Shown here piece by piece: positions 20,480 to 28,662 of a stretch of 64,000 nt of DNA (position 1 is the stretch's first letter; each line of letters begins with the position of its first letter). Where the stretch lies: contig CAWKBC010000010.1 of assembly GCA_963847705.1 (NCBI GenBank), positions 133,890 through 197,889 of the forward strand. The letters are read 5' to 3'. The notes under the pieces are model-generated. The model saw nothing but the letters and a program-made list of their open reading frames with translations, did not search any database and was not told the DNA's origin. The stretch comes from an uncultured Pseudomonadota bacterium. GTDB taxonomy: Bacteria; Myxococcota_A; Polyangia; Fen-1088. Made by a program: the position numbers and the translations under genes.

Positions 20480-21982
20480 ATGCGGAACCTGTCTTTGCTG
20501 GTCGTCACGGCGCTGATTGCCGGTTGCGGCGGAGGGGCCGCGCCGCCCGGCGGAGGCGGCGCCGGCGGAGCGACCGACGCAGGCGCGGCCTCCCAGACCG
20601 GAGGCGCGGGGGTGGGCGGCACCGCTGACGGGGGCGGTGGGCTCGCCTGCGCCGACCTCTTCGACGAGGGGACGCTGCAGACCTATTCGGTCGACATCAG
20701 CGCCGACGAATGGTCGGCCCTCGAGGCCGAGTTCAACAACCTGAGCGCGCTGGAGAGCGGCGCGGACTTCGCGGTCTACCACCCGGTGACGTTTCACCTC
20801 GGAAGCGAGACCGTGACCGACGCGGCGATCAAGCTGCACGGTCAGTCTTCCTGGGCGCAGACCGTCATGTTCGACGGCGAGCGCGCCAAGATGCAGTTCT
20901 CGGTGTCGTTCGATCAGACCGACCCGAACGGCAAGTTCCACGGTGTCAGCAAGCTGGTGTTCGACATGCCGCGCTCGGACTGGACCTTCTTGCACGACCG
21001 GGTCTCCGAGCACTGGCTGCGGCAGGCTGGCCTCCTCGCCCCCTGCTCGACCAGCGCGCGGCTGGAGATCAACGGCGCCTACTACGGCCTCTATTCTCTG
21101 GAGGAGAACGTGGGCAACCACGTGGTCGCCGAGTTCTTCCCCCAAAACCCGTCCGGCGATCTCTGGAAGGGGGCGGCCGAGATCGAGACCAACAAGGCGG
21201 CCCCCAACTACGCCCGCCTGCTGCAATTCGACGGCGCCCAGGATCTGACCTCTCTCGCGGCGATCGTCGACATCCAGGATTCGATCACCTCCTGGGGCGC
21301 GGAGGCGCTGCTCAACGACTCGGACGGCTATTACGGCGGCTCACACAACTTCTATCTCTACGATCAGGGCGCGGCCGGCTATGTCTTTCTCTCGACCGAT
21401 CTCGACGCGACGCTCGACTGGCTGGTGACGTTCGATACCGCCGGCGTCACCGACCACCCGGTCTACTGGTGGTTCACCCGCGCCATGCCGGCCCCGATCC
21501 CCGGCGACAAATGGATGATCGTCTTCGCCGACCCCGGCTGGCGCGCCAGGTACGCCGAGGCGATCGCCGGCCTGCTGGCGAAGTGGGATGTGGCTGAGAT
21601 TCAGGGGTGGATCGACAGCTGGTCGCAGCAGATCTCCGACGCGGCGGCGACCGATCCGCACACCTGGGCCACCCCCGCCGAAATTCAAGAGGCCACGCAA
21701 ACAGCCCGGGACGTGATCGCCAGCCGCGCCGCCTACCTGCAGACCTTCGTCGATTGTGAGCGGGGCGTGGCCAGCGCGGCGACCGATGCCGATGGCGACG
21801 GCTACCGCTGGTGTGACGAGTGCGACGACCAGAGCGCCGCCGTGCATCCGGGGGCGCCGGAGATCTGCGGCAACGGAATCGACGACAACTGCAATGGCCT
21901 GATCGACGAGGGGTGCGGCGCGGATGGCGGCGCCGACGGCGGCCTGGGTGGCGGCCTGGATGCGGGCGGGGACGCCCGATGA
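20480..21982 (+). CDS. CotH kinase family lipoprotein with C-terminal putative metal-binding (Cys/Asp) motif
   Basis: Lipobox LIAGC; IKLHGQSS, KFHGVSKL, YGLYSLEE, DGYYGGSHNFYLY; DADGDGY...CDD...VHPGAPEICGNGIDDNCNGLIDE. Confidence 0.82.
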   Translation: MRNLSLLVVTALIAGCGGGAAPPGGGGAGGATDAGAASQTGGAGVGGTADGGGGLACADLFDEGTLQTYSVDISADEWSALEAEFNNLSALESGADFAVYHPVTFHLGSETVTDAAIKLHGQSSWAQTVMFDGERAKMQFSVSFDQTDPNGKFHGVSKLVFDMPRSDWTFLHDRVSEHWLRQAGLLAPCSTSARLEINGAYYGLYSLEENVGNHVVAEFFPQNPSGDLWKGAAEIETNKAAPNYARLLQFDGAQDLTSLAAIVDIQDSITSWGAEALLNDSDGYYGGSHNFYLYDQGAAGYVFLSTDLDATLDWLVTFDTAGVTDHPVYWWFTRAMPAPIPGDKWMIVFADPGWRARYAEAIAGLLAKWDVAEIQGWIDSWSQQISDAAATDPHTWATPAEIQEATQTARDVIASRAAYLQTFVDCERGVASAATDADGDGYRWCDECDDQSAAVHPGAPEICGNGIDDNCNGLIDEGCGADGGADGGLGGGLDAGGDAR

Positions 21983-22000
21983 GAAACGAAAAGGGGTCGG

Positions 22001-24259
22001 ATGAGACTGACTTGGCTTGAGACGGGGATGGGGAACGGCGGCGGCGTGGCGCGGCGTCTCCTGGCGGTGGTTGGTGCGCTCGCGATCGCGGGCCTCGCCT
22101 GCGGCGGCGGCTCGACCCAGCCCGCGGGAGAGACCACCGGCGGTTCTGCGGGCAGCAGAAGCGACGCGAGTGCCGATTCAATCTTGGGCAGCGGGGGTGC
22201 CTCCGACGGTGGCGGGACAGGATCCGCCGCCGTCGGAGGCGGCGGGATCGGCAGCTTCGGCGGCGCGAATGGTCTCGGCGGCGCGAGCGGCCCCGGCGGC
22301 GCGAGCGGCTCGGGCGGCGCAAGCGGCCCCGGCGGCGCGAATGGTCTCGGCGGCGCGAACGGCTCCGGCGGCGCGAGCGGCCCCGGCGGCGCGAGTGGCT
22401 CCGGCGGGGCTGCCGGAGCTGTGGGCACGCCGGGCGATCCGTGGGTCGAGCTGGCGCAGCCCACGCTCAGCGTGCAGGGGGGAACGGCGCTCTCTTCCGG
22501 TGGTCAGGGCCAGCCGGGCGGCGTCGTCCACCTGGTCTCTTCAGGCGACACCGATTTCGACCCGGCGCAGCCCGCGGTGGCGGCGCCCTCGGTCCCCGCC
22601 CCACCGGCCGGCGCGACGGCGATCGGTTCGACCGCGCTGGCGGCCGACGCGACGATCGCCGGCGACGCGGTGATCGACGGCAGCGTGACGACCAGCGGAA
22701 CCGACGCGGTCCGCAAGCTCACCGTGGGCGGCAATGTCTACCTGACCGGCACGTTGCGAACGGCCGATCTCGGCGCCGGGCGCCAGGGGATCGACCTCGA
22801 AGTGAGCGGGACGCTCTTCCTGAGCGGAACGCTCGATGCGAGCGGCGCCGCGGGCGCCGGTCAGGCAGGCGGTTCGATTCGACTGGTGGCGGACCAGATC
22901 GTCCTCACCGGCCGGCTCTCCAGCGCCGGCGGCGACGGCCCGAGCCCCGGTGGCGCGGCCGGGGCGGTCGCGATGCAGGCGACGCAGGGGATCGTCGTGA
23001 CCGGCACCGTCGACACCTCGGGCGGCAACGCCGGCGGCGCCGGGACGGTCACGGGCGGCGCTGCGGCAGCCCTCACGTTGCAGGCGGGCGGAACCATCGG
23101 CGTCGCCGGCACGGTGCATCTGCGCGGCGGCGCGGCCACCGCTTCCGGCGCCGGCCCGGCGCAAGGCGGCGCGGCGGCCCCGCTGACGATCAACGCCGAC
23201 AGCGCGGTGACCTTGAGCGGGATCGTCGACGGGCGCGGCGGCCCCGCCAGCGCAGGCGCGGCGGGCGGAACCGTCATCGGCGGAGCGGCCGGGAGCATCC
23301 ACGTCGGTGAGACGGCGCCGCCCCCCACGATCTCCGTCCTCGTTCCGCTGGTCGCCAGCGGCGGCGAGGGGATCGCCTCGGCCGGCGCCGGCGGGACCGT
23401 CACGCCGGCGCCGGGCACCGGCAACGTCAACATCGCCGGCCCGCTGGCGATCGATCTGCGCGGCGGCAACTCGATGTCGGTTCCCGGAGCGGGCGGCCTG
23501 CTCGAGGGCGGCCCGCGCACCGATCCGGGCAGCGGAAGCGTCCACGTCACGGGCGAGATCGACGCCAGCGGCGGCTCGATCCTGATGGGCGGCAGCGGCA
23601 ACGGCGCCGACGGCGGGCGGGTCGACATGGAGCTCACCCCGACGGACGGCGCGGTCACGATCGACATGGCCGCCAAGATCACCGTCGAAGGAGGCGCCTC
23701 CGGCGGCACCGGGACGGCGGGCGGCGGCGGCCACGTCTGGTTCTTCACCAAGGACGGTGACGCGACGATCGCCGGAACGATCTCGGTCCGTGGCGGCGAC
23801 GCGCCCGATCCAGGCGGCGTCGGCGGTGAAGGCGGGATGATCTACTTCTTCACCGACAACAACAACAACGCCACCGTGGTCTGCAAAGGCAACCTCGAGG
23901 TCACCTCCACCGGGATGATGGACGCTTCGGGCGGCGACGGCACGATGGGTGGCAGCGGCCGCAACGACGGCATCCAGGGGCTGGTTGCCTCTTTCCCCGA
24001 CCACCAGGAGGAGATCTCCATCTTCCTCAACTGCGACGGCGCCCACGGCAACACCTGCAACTGGATGGAGAACGACGGTCTTCTGGTCGCGCGCGGCGGC
24101 GTCCACAACGGTGCCGGCGGCGACATCGTCTATCACGGCATCCCGCCGGGAGTGCTCGGCACGCCCAGCCCGGACAGCGGCGACTATCCAGTCCCCTCGG
24201 GAAACATCTCGAACCAGGGCGACGGGACCGGCCTGCCCGGCGACTTCGACGGCGAGTGA
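22001..24259 (+). CDS. large Gly-rich secreted lipoprotein (predicted beta-solenoid/adhesin-like)
   Basis: Signal plus lipobox AGLAC; repeated GGxGGxI/V and I.G.IDASGG units. Confidence 0.7.
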   Translation: MRLTWLETGMGNGGGVARRLLAVVGALAIAGLACGGGSTQPAGETTGGSAGSRSDASADSILGSGGASDGGGTGSAAVGGGGIGSFGGANGLGGASGPGGASGSGGASGPGGANGLGGANGSGGASGPGGASGSGGAAGAVGTPGDPWVELAQPTLSVQGGTALSSGGQGQPGGVVHLVSSGDTDFDPAQPAVAAPSVPAPPAGATAIGSTALAADATIAGDAVIDGSVTTSGTDAVRKLTVGGNVYLTGTLRTADLGAGRQGIDLEVSGTLFLSGTLDASGAAGAGQAGGSIRLVADQIVLTGRLSSAGGDGPSPGGAAGAVAMQATQGIVVTGTVDTSGGNAGGAGTVTGGAAAALTLQAGGTIGVAGTVHLRGGAATASGAGPAQGGAAAPLTINADSAVTLSGIVDGRGGPASAGAAGGTVIGGAAGSIHVGETAPPPTISVLVPLVASGGEGIASAGAGGTVTPAPGTGNVNIAGPLAIDLRGGNSMSVPGAGGLLEGGPRTDPGSGSVHVTGEIDASGGSILMGGSGNGADGGRVDMELTPTDGAVTIDMAAKITVEGGASGGTGTAGGGGHVWFFTKDGDATIAGTISVRGGDAPDPGGVGGEGGMIYFFTDNNNNATVVCKGNLEVTSTGMMDASGGDGTMGGSGRNDGIQGLVASFPDHQEEISIFLNCDGAHGNTCNWMENDGLLVARGGVHNGAGGDIVYHGIPPGVLGTPSPDSGDYPVPSGNISNQGDGTGLPGDFDGE
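22259..22408 (+). repeat. intragenic 18-bp tandem repeats encoding GGA(N/S)G(L/P/S)
   Basis: About 8 units such as GGCGGCGCGAGCGGCCCC and GGCGGCGCGAATGGTCTC. Confidence 0.8.
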
Positions 24260-24268
24260 CAGGCCGCG

Positions 24269-25327
24269 CTAGGCGCGGGGGACCGTGAAGAAGAACAGAG
24301 CGCCGCGTCCGGGCTCACTCTTGACGCCGATGTCGCCGCCGTGGGCCCGCACGATGCTCTGGGCGATGTAGAGCCCCAGCCCGGTTCCTTTCGAGTCCCC
24401 TTTCCAGTACTGCTCGAAGACGTGCGGGAGATGCTCGGGCTTGATGCCGGCGCCGGTGTCCTCTACGACGAACCGGACCACCCGGTCTCTGTCCGGAGCA
24501 TCGACCTCGATCCGCACGGCGATGCGCCCCCCCTCCGGGGTGAATTTGAGCGCGTTTCCGATCAGGTTCCCCAGCACCTGAAGGAGCCGGTGCCGGTCAC
24601 CATTGATGAAGATCGTCCCCTCCGGTCCGCTCGATTCCAGGATCACGCCGCGCTCCCGCGCCAGCGGCGTCTGAAGCTCGACCGCTTCGTCCACGATCGA
24701 GAGAGCCCCCTCCTTTTCGATCATCATGTGGAGGGTGCCGTGCTCGGCCTGGCCGGCGTCGACCAGATCGCGGATCAGGCTCTCCATCCGGGAGACCGAC
24801 CGGTCGATGATCTTCAGGCGGTGACGCGAATGCGCCTCCATGGCGGGGCTGTTCTGCAGGGCCTCCGAGGTCGCCTTGATCGCCGTCAGCGGATTTCGGA
24901 GATCGTGAACGACCACCTCCATGACCCGCTCGTGGGCGCGCCTGGCCTCGTCGGCGTGGGCACGGGCCAGGTGCAGCGACTCGACCAGCTCGCAGACCGC
25001 CACGCTCACGAAGAAGAACAGGACCAGATCCGAGTTGATGTGGAACCCGAACGCCGGCTCTGTCCAGAAGTGACCCAGCGCCAGCGTGCTGAGCGCCACC
25101 GCGAGCAAGCCGGGACCGAAGCCGCCGAACCAGGCGGCGAGCATCACCGTGGGAAGGAAGACCAGGTGGCGGTTGTGCTGTCGTCCCCAGATGGGATCGA
25201 GGGCCAGGCGCCCCACCACCACCAGCATGGTCACCACGACGGCACCACCGTAGCGTTTCCAGGCGCGGCGCTGCGGTACGGAAGGCCGGCGTTTATGCGC
25301 GGGAAGCCGGCGTTGAGGCACCCCCAA
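24269..25327 (-). CDS. membrane sensor histidine kinase (DUF4118-like TM region, HisKA, HATPase)
   Basis: LAAWFGGFGPGL; VVHDLRNPL; NLIGNALKFT; DTGAGI; GTGLGL; exact start uncertain. Confidence 0.88.
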   Translation of the reverse strand: MGVPQRRLPAHKRRPSVPQRRAWKRYGGAVVVTMLVVVGRLALDPIWGRQHNRHLVFLPTVMLAAWFGGFGPGLLAVALSTLALGHFWTEPAFGFHINSDLVLFFFVSVAVCELVESLHLARAHADEARRAHERVMEVVVHDLRNPLTAIKATSEALQNSPAMEAHSRHRLKIIDRSVSRMESLIRDLVDAGQAEHGTLHMMIEKEGALSIVDEAVELQTPLARERGVILESSGPEGTIFINGDRHRLLQVLGNLIGNALKFTPEGGRIAVRIEVDAPDRDRVVRFVVEDTGAGIKPEHLPHVFEQYWKGDSKGTGLGLYIAQSIVRAHGGDIGVKSEPGRGALFFFTVPRA

Positions 25328-25372
25328 GACTACGGTTGAGGTTTCTCCACCGCAACCCGACGCTCGACGGAG

Positions 25373-25966
25373 CTACGACGGCGGGCGGTACTTGATGCTG
25401 CAGCCGAGGCTCTTGGTTTCGGTCAGGGCGGGCGGCTTGCCCGCGACGACGGCGTCGAGCGCGTCTTTCAGATAGCGGTTCTGCACCTTGTCGGGTTCCT
25501 TCCGGTTGTCGTCGACGGCGCCGTGATAGGCCAGCTTGCCGTGACGATCGAACAGGAACACCTCCGGCGTCACGGTGGCACCGAAGGCGCGCGCCACGTT
25601 GGAGGTCTCGTCGACCACGTAGGGGATCTGCATGTTGGCGCTCTTCGCGCGCGCCTGCATTCCGGCGAACCCGTCCTCCTCGTGCTCGCTGGGATCGTTG
25701 GCGTTGATCAGGATGACGCCGACGCCCTTCTTCAGGTAGGCGTTGCCGAGCTCGACGATGCGCCCCTCCCAACCGCGGGCGAACGGGCAGTGATCGCAGG
25801 TGAAGATCACCAGCGTGCCGGCCTTTCCGGTCACGTCGGCGATCGAGACGGCTTTGCCGTCGACGGCGTTCTTCATCTTGATGTTGCTCTGCGGCGCGGG
25901 CTGGCCGATGGGCAGCACGCCTGCCATCGAGAGCGCGGTTGCCAGCACAAACGGTGCGAACGTCAT
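25373..25966 (-). CDS. secreted thioredoxin/AhpC-TSA family redoxin
   Basis: Signal peptide; FTCDHCPF; INAND; FGATVTPEVF; YHGAVDD; GCSIK. Confidence 0.9.
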   Translation of the reverse strand: MTFAPFVLATALSMAGVLPIGQPAPQSNIKMKNAVDGKAVSIADVTGKAGTLVIFTCDHCPFARGWEGRIVELGNAYLKKGVGVILINANDPSEHEEDGFAGMQARAKSANMQIPYVVDETSNVARAFGATVTPEVFLFDRHGKLAYHGAVDDNRKEPDKVQNRYLKDALDAVVAGKPPALTETKSLGCSIKYRPPS

Positions 25967-26523
25967 GGCCTTCTCCTTCCAGACTTGGTGGGTCGTTCGG
26001 TGGGTCCTCTGTCGAGCAGACCGGCGGTGCCGAGCTCGAGCGTGTGATAGGTGACAGGCCCACGCCAGGTGTGGCGCTTGTGGCCACGACCGTCGAACAG
26101 GAACGACGCCGGCAGCGCGCCGCTCCAGCGGCGGTCGAGGCCGTTGATGAACTTCATGTCGTCCCCGCGCTTCACGAAAGAGAGGGCCTCGGCTGGCAGC
26201 CCGGCCGCGGCGAGCACCCGGGCGACCTCGCCGCCATTCTCCTCGTCGTCCGCCGACACCAGGACCAGCCGGAGGCCGTCTTCGCGGTGGTCACGATAGA
26301 AGCGAATCAGCTCCGGCATCTCCTGGCGGCAGGGATCGCACCAGGTCGCCCACACGTTGACCAGCACCGCCCGAGCGCCCGGCGCGCGGACCGCGCTCAA
26401 GATCTGGGGAAGCTCGGCCGGCGTCGGCGTCGGCGTCGGCGCCGAGAGCGAGGTCTGCGGCGAGACGGTCCCGAGCGCCATCGTGGCGAGTACCAGCCAG
26501 CCGTTGATCATCGCGCCGAGCAT
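25963..26523 (-). CDS. TlpA-family disulfide reductase
   Basis: LVNVWATWCDPCRQEMP; WSGALPAS; stop overlaps the start of the next redoxin gene. Confidence 0.9.
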   Translation of the reverse strand: MLGAMINGWLVLATMALGTVSPQTSLSAPTPTPTPAELPQILSAVRAPGARAVLVNVWATWCDPCRQEMPELIRFYRDHREDGLRLVLVSADDEENGGEVARVLAAAGLPAEALSFVKRGDDMKFINGLDRRWSGALPASFLFDGRGHKRHTWRGPVTYHTLELGTAGLLDRGPTERPTKSGRRRP

Positions 26524-26547
26524 AGCGCCCGAGGAGAGCGACGCCGC

Positions 26548-27120
26548 TCAGAGCTTCTTCGCAGTCTCGGCGCCGCCCGTAAAGAAGTAGTAATCCGCAC
26601 TGTAGCTGGCGCGGACCTCGGTGCCGACATGCGTCGCGTCGCAACCAGTCGCAGGGGCGATCCCTCCCTTGGTGGCGACCCGCTGGATGAACGTCACGCC
26701 CGTGAACTGCCCCGCTCCGGTCGTCGAGGCTGCGCCCAGCAAGAGCCAGGGAACCGCGCCGGCCTCGGGCGCGGCAGCCTGCGCCAGCTTTTTGCCGACC
26801 ACGGAGCTGCCATCCTTCGACTTCCAGCTCGGGCCAGCGCCGTGGGTCCCGGCCACCGCGCCGGAGGCATCGGCGAGCGTGGCGTCCGGTCGCGCCAGCA
26901 GCCAGCTGTAGAGGCCCGCCGCGCTCGTACAGGAGTACACCTGGGCGCCGGTCGCATGAAAACGGGCGACCACTTTGGCGCCTGCCGGAACGGCCAAGGC
27001 CGCGGGCACCCTGGGGGGACTCAGCGGACCGGCGGCCGCGGCCGGGCCCCCGGCGGCAGCGAGGACCGCGCTGGCCAGCAACACGAATCCAACCGTCGTC
27101 ATCGTCTTCGAGGAGGTCAT
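26548..27120 (-). CDS. DUF3455 domain secreted protein
   Basis: ATGAQVYSC, GTHGAGPSW...DGSSVVG, VPWLLL, FIQRVATKGG.AP...C, YSADYYF. Confidence 0.85.
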   Translation of the reverse strand: MTSSKTMTTVGFVLLASAVLAAAGGPAAAAGPLSPPRVPAALAVPAGAKVVARFHATGAQVYSCTSAAGLYSWLLARPDATLADASGAVAGTHGAGPSWKSKDGSSVVGKKLAQAAAPEAGAVPWLLLGAASTTGAGQFTGVTFIQRVATKGGIAPATGCDATHVGTEVRASYSADYYFFTGGAETAKKL

Positions 27121-27294
27121 TTGGCGGCGAGCATGCCCGGGTCATCGGGGTTTGTCAGCACAGGTGCGCGGAATGCTCCCGTGCACACCCCAGGACAGCT
27201 CGCGTCAACAGCCTTCACGGAACTTTTGCCCTCCCATCCGTGGATCCAAAACCCGGGCCCCGCCCTATCTCCCCTCAGTGGAAAGGCTCGACCA

Positions 27295-28662
27295 GTGAAG
27301 ACCAATCCTGTGGGACTGACCGTCATCCTGACGGCGCTCGGATGCGCGGCGACGCCGGCGCGGCCTCCTTCGACGGCGGCTGCGTCCGCGGCCTCGGCGC
27401 CGTCTCTCTACGATCGTCTGGGTGGCAAGGGGGCCATCACCGCCGTGGTGGACGACTTCCTCTCGCGGGTCGCGCACGACGGCCGCATCAACGCGCGCTT
27501 CGCCAACACCGACATGCCGCACCTGCGCACGATGCTGATCGAGCAGATCTGTCAGGCGACCGGCGGCCCCTGCGCGTACGCGGGCAAGGACATGCGGACG
27601 ACCCACGCCGGCATGAAGATCACCGCCGGCGACTTCGACGCCCTGGTGGGCGACCTGAAAGACGCCCTCGACAAGTTCCACGTCCCCGGGGCGGAGGAGC
27701 ACGATCTCCTGAGTGCGCTCGGCGGAATGAAGCCCGACATCGTGCAGGTCCCGGCGACGGCGGTCGCCGGTGGAGGTGGCAGAGGCGCCGATCCGGTGCT
27801 CGGCCGCGCGCATGCCTTTCGCGACGCAGCCGGTCTGCTGGAGCAGGCGGACAGCGCCCGGCTGCAGGCCAACCAATCGTTGGCCGACGAGCTCTTCACC
27901 TCGGCGGAGCTCTTGACCGGGCCAGGGCCGGTGGCCGACCTCTCGCCCCTCTTCCGGGAGGGCGCGCCACCGCGGGTGACCGCGCCGCTCACGATGACGC
28001 CGCTCGACACGCCCCCCCAGCCGGCGACGGTGGGGAGCTCCGAGCAGGACGAGCCCGACCCCAAACCGAAGCGGGGCTCATTGAGCGGCGTGGTGCTGAC
28101 CTCCGGCGGTGGAACGGCGGCCAGCCTGGCGGTCGTGACGCTCGAACCGGTGGCGGGAAAGTTTCGCCACCGCACACCGAAGGAGCGGGTGATCGAGCAG
28201 CGCGATCGTCAGTTCGCGCCGCGCATCCTGACCGTCCCGGTCGGCTCGACGGTCAGCTTCCCCAACTTCGACGGCATCTTTCACAACGTCTTTTCCCGCT
28301 CGGAGACCAAGCCGTTCGATCTCGGCATCTACAAGAACGGTCAGACGCGCGCGCTGGTGTTCGAGAAGGAAGGGATCGTCCGGATCGGCTGCAACCTCCA
28401 CGCGAACATGTCCGCGGTGGTGGTGGTCGTCTCGGCGCCCCATTACGTCATCACCGACGCGCAGGGGCGGTTCGCCTTCCGCAGCCTCGATCCCGGTCGT
28501 TACGTGATGCGGGTCTGGAGCGAGGCCAGCGAGGCGCCGCACAGCGAGGAGATCGAGATCAAGCCCGCGCAAAACAGCGCCACGATCTCCATGGCGGCCA
28601 ATCGTCCGGTCGGGCCGCTGGCCGACAAGTTCGGAGCACCCCGTGGGACGGCGCACCGGTAA
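27295..28662 (+). CDS. lipoprotein fusion: group I truncated haemoglobin + helical linker + cupredoxin/carboxypeptidase-regulatory-like domain
   Basis: GTG start, lipobox ALGC; trHb SLYDRLGG...ICQATGGPCAYAGKDMRTTHAGM; cupredoxin QFAPRIL.VPVGSTVSFPN.D...HNVFS...GCNLHANM. Confidence 0.82.
   Translation: MKTNPVGLTVILTALGCAATPARPPSTAAASAASAPSLYDRLGGKGAITAVVDDFLSRVAHDGRINARFANTDMPHLRTMLIEQICQATGGPCAYAGKDMRTTHAGMKITAGDFDALVGDLKDALDKFHVPGAEEHDLLSALGGMKPDIVQVPATAVAGGGGRGADPVLGRAHAFRDAAGLLEQADSARLQANQSLADELFTSAELLTGPGPVADLSPLFREGAPPRVTAPLTMTPLDTPPQPATVGSSEQDEPDPKPKRGSLSGVVLTSGGGTAASLAVVTLEPVAGKFRHRTPKERVIEQRDRQFAPRILTVPVGSTVSFPNFDGIFHNVFSRSETKPFDLGIYKNGQTRALVFEKEGIVRIGCNLHANMSAVVVVVSAPHYVITDAQGRFAFRSLDPGRYVMRVWSEASEAPHSEEIEIKPAQNSATISMAANRPVGPLADKFGAPRGTAHR

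Noticed and set aside
27122-27136. Sigma-54 promoter TGGCGG-N-ATGC upstream of the globin fusion
   Set aside because: GG-N10-GC spacing fits, but the match to TGGCAC/TTGC is weak and such motifs are common at this GC content
25939-27294. N-terminal 452 aa of the 907-aa ORF
   Set aside because: Overlaps real minus-strand genes; the signal peptide and lipobox begin at GTG 27295
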